Positions 40,992 through 54,597 of a DNA stretch of 64,000 nt are shown one piece after another. The notes below the pieces were generated by a model, which was given only the letters and a program-made list of their open reading frames with translations, did not search any database and had not been told where the DNA came from. The position numbers and the translations under genes are program-made. Every line of letters begins with the position of its first letter. Positions within the stretch are counted from its first letter, which is position 1. This stretch comes from Octopus vulgaris (taxonomy: Eukaryota): NCBI GenBank assembly GCA_951406725.2, contig OX597827.1, positions 25,668,001-25,732,000 on the forward strand, in the 5' to 3' direction.

Positions 40992-40993
<2 letters not shown>
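40505..40993. mobile_element. Foldback element between (TA)n tracts with canonical hammerhead (family F4)
   Basis: Diverged inverted arms at about 40653-40750 and 40870-40972; HHR on the minus strand at 40702-40786. Confidence 0.7.
40702..40786 (-). ncRNA. Type I hammerhead ribozyme motif (intact core)
   Basis: CU-CUGACGA-GAUUUUGCC..GGCAAAAUC-GAAA-CAGCUG-UA|AG: all core nucleotides present, perfect 9-bp stem II, palindromic stem III, weak stem I. Confidence 0.8.
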
Positions 40994-41056
<63 letters not shown>

Positions 41057-41529
41057 CCAGGTGCAAGCACATAAATTTGAAATAAGGTGGAAAAATAGTA
41101 CTCGGATACCGGAGGTAGAGTAAAAAGCTTTACGTCACGCATCTTCTTCCAAGTAAGTTTTATTTACCAATTCTCATGCGCACTCTATATGATCTTCTTA
41201 TTCTTTCCTTTTTCTCTCTTTCTCTCCATGTTCTTTTGCCTCCTCTTCTCTCACTGTTCTATCCTATTACTCTGTCATTCTCTCTCCTCACTCATCCTCT
41301 CTTGGTCATGTGATTCCCACGTGACCATCGGCCATCTTTCTTTCTTTTCGTAACTTTTGTTTCTTTCTTTCTCTCCGTTGTTCCTGGAACAAGGAAAATG
41401 TATTTTTGTCTGTCTCCTTCCAAGCTTGATTTACCCGTTTACCACCACAACCTCGTTTAGGCTTGACAACCTTCCTGTTTGTTTTCACTGTCCTGTTTGT
41501 GCTACCAATATTGATCCTCCGCAAAATCC

Positions 41530-41780
41530 CAAATTTTATTTGATTTACTTTGCGGAAGCAACTGTTTTATCGAAAGCGTATATTGTTGTTAAATGCTCGA
41601 TATACGAGAGTAGAAAACAGCCAACAATTGATGAAGGGTCGTTCTTTATGTTGTTTGTCTTGTTTTGCATTTGTGCCTTGTCTTGTTTTGCATTCGTTGT
41701 TCGAAAAAAGTTCATATTCCTTGTACTCGTGCTCCGTATTTTTTTGTTGTACACGTTTCATGTCGTGAGGTGCCCACATA
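41530..41780 (+). mobile_element. (TA)n-abutting repeat family F5 with degenerate hammerhead-like motif
   Basis: Homologous to 44225-44455 on the minus strand; CTGTTTT...AAAACAG closes a GAAGA/GCTC-GAAA motif. Confidence 0.55.
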
Positions 41781-41805
41781 TGTATATATATATATATATA
41801 TATAC

Positions 41806-42696
41806 ATTCAAAAATGAGGGTGAAAAATTAGATATTAATTTAATAATACCATTGGTTTAACACCAAGCGACCTAGCACATAACAAACCAGGGAGACGATA
41901 CATATTTATCCGTAAATATATAAGAGAGTTAACGTTAAATAGGTCAACTCTAGTGTTAGAAATAGCTCCGTATTCTGGTATAGCCACCGACGTTACCTCC
42001 TCATAAAAATAGCACTACCCTTTATATTGATAAAGAAACAATTGTACAACATTAATCTATTTTTTAGTTGTATTTCAATTTCCTTACGTTGACGGTAGTG
42101 CTATTTCTATGAGGAGGTAACGTCGGCGGCTATACCAGAATACGGAGCTATTTCTAGCACTACAGTTGACCTATTTAACGTTAACTCTCTTATATATTTA
42201 CGGATAAATGTGTATCGTCTCCCTGGTTTGTTATGTGCTAGGTCGCTTGGTGTTAAACCAATGGTATTATTAAATTAATATCTAATTTTTCCCCCTCATT
42301 TTTGAATTTATGAAATTGATACGCTGCAGTAAATATTACATGCGGTATCCGCTTCCACTAAGTCTTAGCATATGCTTTTGGCGGGGAACTTGTAACTACA
42401 ACCCTGAATACAATCGATTAGACCGCATGGGTAATTGTCGCCTGTGTAGGTCTGATAAATTGTATCAATGACAAATGTTGCTGATGATTTATAGATATAT
42501 GTGTGAGTATAATTTGCATATTATATTGATAAAGAAACAATTGTACAACAATAATCTATTTTTTAGTTGTATTTCAATTTCCTTACGTTGAGGGTAGTGC
42601 TATTTCTATGAGGAGGTAACGTCGGCGGCTATACCAGAATACGGAGCTATTTCTAGCACTAGAGTTGACCTATTTAACGTTAACTCTCTTATATAT
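41806..42696 (+). mobile_element. Inverted plus partial tandem element (family F6) with Penelope pLTR-like architecture
   Basis: 41806-42019 is inverted against 42094-42307; direct repeat 42022-42196/42521-42696 (499-bp period); TA tracts at both ends. Confidence 0.75.
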
Positions 42697-42987
42697 ATAC
42701 GTATAGATGTAAGCATGTACATATACGTAAGTATGTATGTAAATATATATATAGAGAGAGAGAGTGAGAGAGAGAGAAGGAGAGAGAGAGAGAGAGTGCA
42801 TGTATGTGCGTGTGTGTGTGTGTGTGTGTATGTCTGAAGTGGTATATAGATACTGCATATTGAGAAAAGAAGAGGTCGCCAGAATTTAGAAAAAAATGTT
42901 TTTATTTAGTCATTATTAGCGTTTTTGTTCGTTTTTCGAACTTATCAAATAAAATTCTTTTGTGAATGTACGAATAGGTTATTTACT

Positions 42988-43173
42988 TTACTTTACTTGT
43001 TTCAGTCATTTGACTGCGGCCATGCTGGAGCACCGCCTTTAGTCGAGCAAATCGACCCCGGGACTTATTCTTTGTAAGCCCAGTACTTTTTGCCGAACCG
43101 CTAAGTGACGGGGACGTAAACACACCAGCATCGGTTGTCAAGCAATGCTAGGGGGACAAACACAGACACACAA

Positions 43174-43206
<33 letters not shown>

Positions 43207-43378
43207 CATACATACAACAGGCTTCTTTCAGTTTCCGTCTACCAAATCTACTCACAAGGCATTGGTCGGCCTGAGGCTATAGTAGAAGACATTTGCCCAA
43301 GATGACACGCAGTGGGACTGAACCCGGAACCATGTAGTTCATAAGCAAGCTACTTACCACACAGCCACTCCTGCGCCT
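42988..43378 (-). mobile_element. tRNA/CORE-type SINE family B
   Basis: AGGCGCAGGAGTGGCTGTGTGGTAAG (A box), GGGTTCAGTCCC (B box), CORE-like GTCATCTTGGGCAAATGTC. Confidence 0.88.
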
Positions 43379-43726
43379 ATTTATATATAATTTTTTTGGT
43401 TTTGTTTACAAGAGGAGAACATTGTTTCGTTTTCTTGCTCTTTGAGAAGGGGTTCCATGACAATGGTGATAGATAGACAAGTAGGTAGATAGATAGATAG
43501 ATTGATACATAAATAGACAGATAGATAGGTAGAAAGAGGTGGGAGAGACCAACCCTTCAATTTTGACTTCCATTCATTTATTTATTTAGTCATTTACCAA
43601 TCTATTAAAATGGGTTCAAGGATGGTGACCTCTCCTAGGATGGGGTGCGGTCATCACTAAGAACACTTTTATTTAGGTGCCAGAGGGAAGGTAAAAGGTT
43701 CTATGAAAATATATCTATATCTATCA

Positions 43727-43760
<34 letters not shown>

Positions 43761-43761
43761 A

Positions 43762-43877
<116 letters not shown>

Positions 43878-44109
43878 GGTGCATATATTTATGTCTACAC
43901 TGTAATTACGATATTTTGCATTGAAAATTAAAGTCAGGTTCATTATAATTTCATATTTTTGCATGAAAAAACATTAATACAATATTTACAAATTAGAAAA
44001 ATAAAACCCAATGTTATAGAGATGAGCAACAATGCTTAAAATTTCGAACCAGAAACAAAAGCAATAGTGTAATTTTCTTTTCTTAAGGTGCCTTACACAC
44101 ACGCACACG

Positions 44110-44195
<86 letters not shown>

Positions 44196-44224
44196 TGCTT
44201 ACATATATGTATAGACATATGCAT

Positions 44225-44455
44225 ATATGGATACAAGACCTCATAAAACTTAAACAACATGAAATACGAAAAACATGGAATATGAACATTTTTGGAAAAC
44301 AAGACAAGTTTTTGGAAACAAATGGAAAACAAGACAAGTAACATAAAGAACGACCTTTCATCATTTGTCGGCTGTTTTATCTACTCCATATTTCGAGCAA
44401 TTACGACAACTTGTGTCTTCGGAAAAACAGTTGCTCCCGCATCGAAAAACTAAAT
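44225..44455 (-). mobile_element. Family F5 copy between (TA)n tracts
   Basis: Minus strand reads CTGTTTTT-CCGAAGA-...GCTC-GAAA-TATGGAG-TA..AAAACAG. Confidence 0.55.
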
Positions 44456-44463
44456 TATATATA

Positions 44464-44499
<36 letters not shown>

Positions 44500-47400
44500 T
44501 GTGCATGGGGATACAAGAAAATATGCTTCAGCACACGAGCTCACATAATGAATCCTGCAAACCAAATCCAAAACCGAAGTATATATATATATATATATAT
44601 ACACCCTCACCCACCCACATACACGCATGCACACACACACGCACATACACACACATGCATGTAAAATGTGTACATGGATAGTTTAGACAGGTAAAACAAC
44701 CTGTTTTGTCTCACGCATTCAGAAATAGAGTAAACGATTGAATGTCCCTCCGTTCGAAAATATGCAACCAGCAACGCTAAGAGTCGGCGATTGTAATACG
44801 AAATTCAAAATCTAAATTCAATATCGTTAATGAAATGTTTAATCGTCGGTTTCTAAACTGATCCTTAAAATATATTCGGAAAGGCTAAATATCTTAAATA
44901 TCTCTAAATTTCAACATGTCAACTGTCGAAACTGAGAGTCAATTGGTTCATGTGTTGCTCTTCATGCCGCACTCTAACGATTTGAAGAGAAATGGCGTCT
45001 CGAAAGCACCGCGGTAAAATGTGATATTGCTCTCCTTGGAATGACTATATCGAGCATATATTTCTGCAAAAGACACCGGAATATAATTATTCTGTTAATT
45101 CCATATTATCGGGAGAGTTTTCTTTTTTTATGTTTAGTTGCAGATTAGATCAACGATCAAATACATTCCAGTTGCAACCGAACTTTTAGATAACGATATG
45201 AAGAACTGCATTGTACAATGTATAACTTTTCTTTACTGATGGGTGTAGAGTGTGATTTGAGGGAGATGTTGACTACTGTTTCTTGCACATTGAGCAACTG
45301 TGTAAATACGCCATATTGCTGCTGATGGCATTATGTTATCGCGAAGAAACTTTCAACAGAAAATTTGAAAAAAGTATAACAAATAAATTATGAAGGCATA
45401 AATTGAAATTTAATTATAAATCCTATGTGATAACATCTATGTATTGCGATGTGGAAATGTGTTGAAGATGTCTTGGAGGAATAGATGTTTCTATATCAAT
45501 GGAAGAGAAACTTTAGAAAAAAGTGACAAGTGACAAGTCTTGATTTAAAGATATATCTTTAATATGATTTTCGTTTTTATTTCATTTAGACAATTAGACA
45601 TTTAGCTTTTCGAACATACGCGCATTAAACGCGATGTTGGGACCACATTTGCGTCTATTTTGCTGTATTCGTTACAGTTGCCGTGAATGTTCTCAATATA
45701 TTATTACATTAAAGATAGGACGTAAGAGATAATATTAGAGATAATACAGCAACATTCGAGTAAAAATTTTACCATAATTTAGAAGTCGTTTTCGGAAATT
45801 CCGTTGATTTTTACACCAGCATTTCTTAATCCCAGAAATCAGTACCAGTGATACATTTTGACACAGAAGTTCTTTGGACAAAGACTGAGTATAAAATATA
45901 ATCAGTATTGTTTCATGGATGAGAATATTAAAATAGTAATTATTAAATATTACTAATGTCATTTCCAATACCAATGATAGGTATTATTAACAATTATCTT
46001 AATTGCTGTTCTTGTTGTTTAGTCCAAACCTACTACGTTATCGCCTATATTTTCAAATATAGGTAATCCAGTTTGCTCTCTGCAGCTTGTAACTCTGAGG
46101 GGGCTCATCAGTTACTTTGAACGATCATGAAGATACTCACGCACTCCTTTGTCTAAGAATTACAATCTCCAATCACGCCAATATTTCACAAGATTTAGAA
46201 AGCTTTTTTTTGTCTGAGGGGATCATAGTGTTGGAAGATTTTGGTTAGTCCTCTGCTTTGATGTTATTCCACCAGTTTCAAAGGCTCTATAAAAGTAGTC
46301 ATGGACGCTGCTCTTCCCCTTTGGCTAAAAGCTAAAGAAAAATAGCTTTGATATGGTAGAAAAAAACTTGAAATCTCAAGAAATTGTTTTATAATAACTG
46401 TACTCTAGCACTATATGTATATATGTAGCAGTAGACATTAACAGGAGAAACACATAAACACATTCAAATATAGAGTATTGGATTATATATTGATAATTGA
46501 ATAAAATAGAAAGAAAAGTCATGTCTGATAGCAAAAGCTGTTAAGTAAAATGCTCGCGAGACTCAGTTAAAATGACAAAGTGTTATATGCCTGTAAATTC
46601 GTATAATTCAAGAAAACGTAATGTGAAGCAAGATGGAGCAAAACATTATAAACTGAATAGAAAGATGTTGATGCTTGGGACATTTATATGAAAACGAGGA
46701 ACTGGGCACATTTGAAACAAGTAGATCATGAAGTTGCATGAATCAATGAGTGTAGACAGTAAATTGATAGAAATCTAAAGAGGATTGACACTAGTTGACT
46801 ATGACTATATGATCAACTCTGTCCAGAGACATGAACTTTAGTCTGACAGTTTTTATTCAATTAGCGTAATATTCTGCAATTTGAAATGACACAAAAATAA
46901 CTCAGAATGGTTTCCATTAGCAAAAGCCAAAAATCAATGTTTATTTCACCATTCGAAATTCAATTAACAATAGAATAACTAATAGATTTCTTTCTATAGA
47001 GAAGAGAGCATCCGACTGAGTGTATGTGATTGACCCAATCAAAATTACAAGTAGCAAATCTACTTGCTTCGTTCTGATCAATAACTTGTGGATATTTGAT
47101 ACGTCCCACTGTAAGAAAGCTAGGAAATATGAGAAAGACTTATAACATTTATTCAGCCTACGCAAATCACAGAATATAAATTCCCAATGTTCCTGCGGTC
47201 TGCCATGGTGTCTATATAGCCTCATTTGTTAGAATTACTGTCAAGTTTCTTCAATATAACATTATATCAGCAACGTGTTAGAAAAGGAATAACACAGTCT
47301 CCGCATTCGTGTAAATTCGTATCGCCGTTTGTTGCTCTTTTTCTCGAATTCCTATTTTGCTTTCACTATTTCGAAATCTGGTTAAACGAAATAAGAGAAT

Positions 47401-47539
47401 TTAATGCACAGAGAACGTATTTTCAAACATAACTTCCAAATTTAATATTAACTTATCAAAATCTGAGTAAACAAAATATCAGTTGTGTGTCACAAATGAG
47501 AATATGAAAAAAAAGAAATAATTTCTTATCATTATTTTC

Positions 47540-48915
47540 AGGTGGTGAGAGCCGACAGAAACGTTAGCATGCCGGGCGAAATACTCAGCAGTATTTCGTC
47601 TGCGCTACGTTCTGAGTTCAAATTCCGCCGAGGTCCACTTTGCCTTTCATCCTTTCGGGGTCGATTAAATAAGTACCAGTTACACACTGGGGTCGATATA
47701 ATCGACTTAATCAGTTTGTCTGTCCTTGTTTGTTCTCTCTTTGTTTAGCCCCTTGTGGGTAGTAAAGAAATAGGTATTTCGTCCGTCTTTACATTCTGAT
47801 TTCAAATTCCGCCGAGGTCAACTTTGCCTTTCATCCTTTTGGGGTCGATTAGCGCCGATATAATCTACTTAATCCCCTCCCCAAAAACTGCCCTTGTGAG
47901 AAAAAATTTTAAATTAATATTTTCAGCTTCATTACCAAAAATGGAAATTAAACAACTAAAGTATTTATTTCAAATTTTGGAACACAAGGCCAATAATTTC
48001 GGGGCTGGGGGAGGAAAATGGGCGTTTACATCGCTCTCATTGCTCGACTGGTACTTATTTTATCAACTCCGAAAGAACGAAAGGCAGAGCTGACCTCGTT
48101 AGAATTTGAACTCAGAACGTCAAGGCGTACGAAATGCAACTAAACGGTTTGCCCAGCGCGGTTACGATCCTGCCTGCTTGCCACCTTAAAGCGTGTTAAT
48201 GTTATAAGATCTATATTAAGGCGGCGAACTTAAAAGAATAATAATATCAGTTCCAAATGTTGGTACAGAGTACATGTCCATCACTGTCATGGGGATGGAT
48301 CAAGTTGAATACATTGCCCCCAGTACTCAACTGGTATTTATTATATCGAACTCGAAATGTTGACAGGTAAATTCCACTTCGGTAGCATTTAAACTCAAAA
48401 AGCAAAGGGGCAGAAGAAATGACTCTTAGCATTTTTCTTGGTCTGCTAACGATTCTGCCAGTTTGCCGTCTTTAAGAGCATTAATATTATCAAAACAAGA
48501 AGGCGGCGAGTTGGCTGAAACGTCCGCACGCCAGGCGAAATGCTTAGCAGTAGTTCGTCTGTCCTTATGTTTTGAGTTCAAATTCCGCCGAGATCGACTT
48601 TGCCTTTCACCCTTTCGGGGTCGATAATTTAAGTACCATTTGCGTACTGGGGTTGATCTAATCGACTGGCTCCCTCCCCAAAATTTCGGGCCTTGTGCCT
48701 AGAGTAGAAAAATATATTAAAGCGGTGAGATGGCAGAACCTTTAGCACGCCGAGAAAAATGCTTAGCGCTATTCTTTCGGCATTTTACAATCTGAGTTCA
48801 AATTCCACTGAGGTCGAGTTTGCTTCAATCCTCTCGGAATCGATAAAATAAGTAGTAGTTGTGTACTCGGCTACCCCCTTTCCCGAACATGCTGGCCTTG
48901 TGCCGAGATTTGAAA
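47540..48915. mobile_element. Cluster of five SINE family A copies in mixed orientation
   Basis: Plus copies at 47540-47900, 48502-48712 and 48720-48915; minus copies at about 47975-48190 and 48250-48470. Confidence 0.85.
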
Positions 48916-49014
48916 TCATTATTATCAGAGTTATCTCTTGCTAATTCCCGACTTATGCTCGCTGCAAACGATAATCCAAATTATAATAAGCAATTTCTAT
49001 GCGAAAGGAATTGG

Positions 49015-49860
49015 AAACTGTAGTGAAAAAGTGGCTCAAAGAACAGTCAACAGAATTTTACGGGGCAGAGATACATGCTCTAATTCGAAGCTGGTACATT
49101 GCTATTGAGAGAAACGGTGACTATGTTGAGGAGTGGGGATGTGATCCACAGGGGACCAGCTACATTTTGATGTATGATACATGTTCCTGTGTTGGTGATT
49201 ATACCTGTCCTAAACAAAATGGCATTACTTTTTAACTCACCCTCGTATATGTGTGTTGTGGAAGGATCCTGATCACCCCCACGTGACCAAAAGGGGACTA
49301 ACGTATTTCAGTAAGATAAAGAACTAGTAGCTGACAGCAGTACAGTTGCAATCCTTGATTGTTCGTATTGGATAACTGTGTTAATTTAATATCATATCTA
49401 CGTTTGGCGTAGTACAGAGTATGTTCTGTGTGAACATTAATTCTGCGAAGGGTTATTCTAGATAACCATATCCAAATATTTATTTGGTTAATACAACTCT
49501 ACACCCTTGTGCACACCCCAACGTCGTCATAACATTATTGGCGACAAGATATTCAAGCCCCCGAAGACCTCCGTTTGTCTACTTTTGGTCACGTGGGGGT
49601 GATCAGGATCCTTCCACAACACACATATACATGGGTGAGTCAAAAAGTAATGTCATTTTGTTTAGGACAGGTGTAATTACCAACACAGGAACATGTATCA
49701 TACATCAAAATGAAGTTGGTCCCCTGTGGATCACATCCCTACTTCTCAACATAGTCACTGTTTCTCTCAATAGCAATGTTCCACCTTCGAATGAGAGCAT
49801 GTATCCCCGTCCCCTAAAATTCTGTTGACTGTTCTTTGAGCCACTGCTTCACTACAGTTT
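49015..49860. mobile_element. Foldback made of two inward-facing mariner 3' ends around a 384-bp core
   Basis: VVKKWLKEQSTEFYGAEIHALIRSWYIAIERNGDYVEE (mariner C-terminus) plus TIR ...TTTTTAACTCACCCTCG|TA; 49015-49293 is inverted against 49582-49860. Confidence 0.85.
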
Positions 49861-52800
49861 TCACTTTTCTCCCATGTATATAGAATTCGGAATGCATCGA
49901 TTCCACTAGCTGATATATTTCCCATCTATCACAGGAGGATAAAATGAAACATTTCTCCTGCCAAGGTTTGAAATCAGAAGTCAGAGACATGCAGCTAAAT
50001 GCTGCAAGGCATTTTGTCAATAACACAAAAGCGAACAAACAATATGGCAAAAACAGAAAACCAGTAAAAAGACTTGTAAAGCAAACGACACTAAGACTAG
50101 CTACTTCAATAATGCTGTCTAACATCACAAGCGGCTTTAATAATAACAATTAAATAAGCAAGGCTGTTGTAAACGTTAAGGCTTCCGATACCAGATATTC
50201 TCATGCAATATCCTCTTTCGGCTTTTACGCCTGAGAAATCTTTTAAAAAACATCATGAAATATATTTACACATCACAGCTGAAATTTAATACGTATTTTC
50301 ATCTTATGATTGTTTTGTGGTTGAAAGTAAACATTTTTTGCGATTCCATCAGTGAAGTAAAGTAATTTTGAACTCAATAACAAGCAAAGTAAATACTCTA
50401 AGAAATATGATACAACGACAACCAGGTTTTTCATAATTGTTGTATATGATATTCAATTATCTCCGAAATAAAGTAACAGGCGAAATTATTCGTTGACTCG
50501 CTATGGCAGATGAAACAGAACTATTTTGCACGTACCGAATTCCTTAAGTAGACAGAAATCGGAATAAAATTATTAAGAATGGTTTTAATAAACGTACGAC
50601 GAATGTAGTGTACGTGCCAAATCCTAAGCCTCAATCTTTAATGAATAACGCTATAAGAACAAACACGAACAATATTGAAAGTTCTATATTCTAATTACGC
50701 CATATATAATTTATAAAGAATAGTAAATGCTGGTTGAAAGTGTTTCCACATTAGTTTACAGATTATAATTATTTTTGTATATTTGTATTTGTATCTTTTA
50801 AATATTTATTCGCAATATGTTGTTTTTTTTATTGTTATATTGAATAACAATAGAACAAGCTGAACTCATTATTTGCCAACTTGAGGTGTAAATATATTTT
50901 ACTGAATCAGATAATAAAGTCTTTTGTGAAGCTGGATTATATGGCTTCGCTTTTTCGAAGAGATTCCTTCATTAGCATCATTACAGACACACTAAATATG
51001 GCCCTTAAGAACTACTTCCGCCTAAATATAAAAAGAAACATGTGATTCTATAGGAACTACACATAAATTACATAACACGTGTATATGTCTGAAAATACAT
51101 ATGCTTCCCATCCAATTACTGTTCTACGTCAGTTTATTGTCCTTTCAAAGTACGTTCGGTATTGATACACAAGGAAAATACTGTTGGACAAATAAACCAA
51201 ATACTATCTATCTTCTTTTGTTTGTTGTTTGAAAACATAGAAACCCAATCACCAAACACACACACACACACACACACACGAACGATTCTTATTATTTACA
51301 TAGAAACTGTCGTATTTTTCGACATGCGTTGCTGTCCCTTTTTAGGAATTATACAAAGTCAATGTAATTGGTGTAAAAGTTACAGTGATGTAGGAATTGA
51401 CTGTCCAGTAATATAATATATACCATCAATGTGCTGTTCATTTTCGTTTTTGACTGCTATATGTTGTGTTTCCGTGAATTTTAGCTTGGTGTTATGAACG
51501 CTGTATGAAATGCATTGTGCTTGTCAAATGCACACAAACTAGAGAAAAAAATGAAAGCAATTTAAAAAGTCTTCTTAATACCACAAACAATACGCTATAC
51601 GACCATAATCTAACAGAAATAATACTCTCTATATAGAAATACGCAGAAGAAAAGATCTGATCAATCAGAGATCAGTATATTCTAAACCCATGATAATGTT
51701 GATGTTTAATGAGATATAGGTATTTTATTTCAGCCAAATAGAGGTCAACTTCACGACTCCAACTGTTATATTGGCCATAACAGTAAAAATGTCTTTAGCT
51801 TGTTTAACTTGCACTTACAGTAAAGTGCGATTCTTACATAGCACTACTTAACACTTGAAAGCAGCTAGGTAGGAAACCATTATTTGACAACGCATCTATA
51901 CTCTGCACATCTATACACTGCAGTCCAATGCTAAATTAAAAACGATGTTCGTAAATACAGCCAGGGCGTAGATCTGATTCATATTTTTATTGAAATAGTT
52001 TAGGAGATGGACAGTGACTTATCTAGGCCGATAGATGCATTACAAATATATCATAACATTTGAGACCTGCATCTATCTTGCACTGTGTGTTTTCTGATAA
52101 ATGCATTCACCTATTTAAGGGCACCAGGGATCCGTCGTTTACAAAACCCAAAGCCACTACCTGAGTATTTTAATGCGGCTCACCATCAACCAGATTCATT
52201 TTCTGCTACATTGTTGAGACCTAACCCGCTGGACTTTCTATGCTATGAGAAGATTCTGGGCAAAGCTGACATTAAAGCTTAGCGTTAAGATAATTTCATC
52301 TTACATACGCTGTTTTCCCTTTTGTTAACCACGATGGACCTCATGAGAACTAACTTACATTTTGGCAAGTTCACGATAAAAAAATACCTTTAAGAATTAT
52401 GATCTTCTTCAGTTTCACTCCATCCTATAAACAAACTCAAATTCAATATTAAACAACATCCTCCACAATATATTCCACTCTAGTCTATGTTTATCGCATT
52501 AAATTATTCTAATCTATACACGAAGCTGAAAATCTCTATGGGCACCGTTTTCTCTTTTAAATTTTAAGAGTATGAGCGGAAAAGCTACAATTGATAGCAT
52601 GGCTGGTAAAACAAATTCAGTTCATTTATTAAATAAGAAATCAAAACTAAGTTGACAATAAATCAATGAGCATTGTTTTCAGTGATTACTTCGTTAAGAT
52701 TTCGTAAGCTGTCGGAGATCGTGTGGAAACAGTAGCGATTCATTAGAAGAGAAAGCAGATGTGTCCCTTGACTATTGCGATAATAGATTATGAATTGCGC

Positions 52801-53044
52801 TGCGATATATCAGCGTCGGTTGGATGGTAATAAGGGAATTTATCGGAGATATTCTACACAGAATTCATCCTTCGGATATTCCCTTTTATAGAAGTAAAAT
52901 GGAGTGAGATTTAATTAACGGAAGATTTGATCAAGAGACAAAAGGGAAATAATGAACTTAATTAGTGGAGTTTATAATTTCTGTATGTTTGTTAATGAGG
53001 GAAAATTGGTTTTGATATTGATTCTGTGTGTGTGAGTGTGTATG

Positions 53045-53084
<40 letters not shown>

Positions 53085-53419
53085 AGAGAGTGCGCGCGCG
53101 TAAATATGCGTATACATGGGTAATCAGTGAGGAGATAAAGAGTCCCGGTTAGAGAAAAAGAATGATTTGACGGAATAACAGACAAGATATTACGATTAAA
53201 TGTATTATAGAGATCCATAAATGTACATTTTTACATTAAACTCTCTCGTAAAGAGTCTACGATGTCGGATATTGCTAAAGTGCACAAATGCTTTCAATAG
53301 AAGATAGTCAACATATACGTATTGTTTAAACGCCAGAAGCTATGTATTTTCGCCCGAAAGAGTTCCTTTAAACGCTTAGCGTGTTAAAAATACAATATAC
53401 TTCAGAGTATAAAATTGCC

Positions 53420-53530
53420 GCAGAATTAATTACGAGAGAAACCGATGCATGTTTCATTGTGGTTGCGGGTTATCAATGCTCTTGTAATTATTTCTGAGGC
53501 GATTTTATATCGCCTAAGTGTCCGACGAAC
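53420..53530. repeat. Short dispersed hairpin-forming repeat, second copy at 58602-58721
   Basis: Shared CAGAATTAATTACGAGAG...CTCTTGTAATTATTTCTG AGGCGATTTTATATCGCCT AAGTGTCCGACGAAC. Confidence 0.7.
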
Positions 53531-54074
53531 GGGAACGTGAGTAACAGTTTCTGTGATGTATTTGCAGCTTTATTAATAGAACATATTGCGCTACTTCCGG
53601 TATTCGAGTACTATTTTTCCCACGTTGTTTCAAATGTGTGTGCTTACTCTGGTGTATATATATTGGGGACGTGCCGTCTGGGTAGGCAAAGTAGGCTGTG
53701 CCTACCCTCAATGAAATAGATCGATAGCAACATTTTCTTTTTACGGCAAAATATGCACCTAATTCAATAAAATTATGAAGGTTAGTCTGATTGCTATGCA
53801 TAAAATGCCAAATATTTAGGCTTTTTTTTATTAGGTAGGCATAATTCGCCCCTGATTTTCAATCTCAGTATTAAAACTACGCATAGGACTGCTGCAGTAT
53901 ACATGCTGCGTACATTCATACAACAACGTTTCCTTTACGTGCTATAATGGCAGAAGTAAATCTGTGTTTTGCTTATATTTTCCTTTGATTTACTACATAA
54001 ACGCCACCAACCGCCTACCCCGTATAATTACGGCACGTGCAAGATATATATATATATATAAGACTATATATATA

Positions 54075-54113
<39 letters not shown>

Positions 54114-54114
54114 A

Positions 54115-54512
54115 AAACTCAAAAGAGATCTAAGGAAGAATGTAACGATCCAGAAGGTGAATGACAATGACCTTTTTGTGTTCACAGTCTGTGGCAGGCC
54201 ATGCCTGTCTTTGGCTGGCCTCAAATCTCATCGAACCTCCACCAACTATTCTGACTATATGTCTGTGCACACCTTTGAAGGCAGTGTAGGCCAGAAGGTT
54301 TGCAACACCAAGGGAAGCCTTAAAAAACATGTTAAGATCCACAAAGGGCAGAACTTATTTGCAGGTATCGGTGGTTCAAATCAAAGGTGCAATCTATGTG
54401 GGTATCTTTTCAGAACATTGTCTGCTTTAAAAAGTCACATCACATGCCATGATGGTGCTAAGGTGTAGATACAGGAGGTGGTCAAACTCTGTATAAGGAG
54501 TAGACAACCACT
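54115..54512 (+). pseudogene. 3' end of RTE-like LINE with C2H2 fingers, second copy
   Basis: [60 protein letters not shown], then a short UTR and TA/TACA tail. Confidence 0.8.
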
Positions 54513-54524
54513 ATATATACATAC

Positions 54525-54597
<73 letters not shown>

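Noticed and set aside
45735-47225. Possible very old LINE or DNA transposon coding remnants
   Set aside because: No convincing protein motif could be read in any frame.
54037-54468. Host C2H2 zinc-finger gene
   Set aside because: The ORF starts in a TA microsatellite, two fingers are damaged, and the paralog at 8743 is attached to LINE-like sequence.
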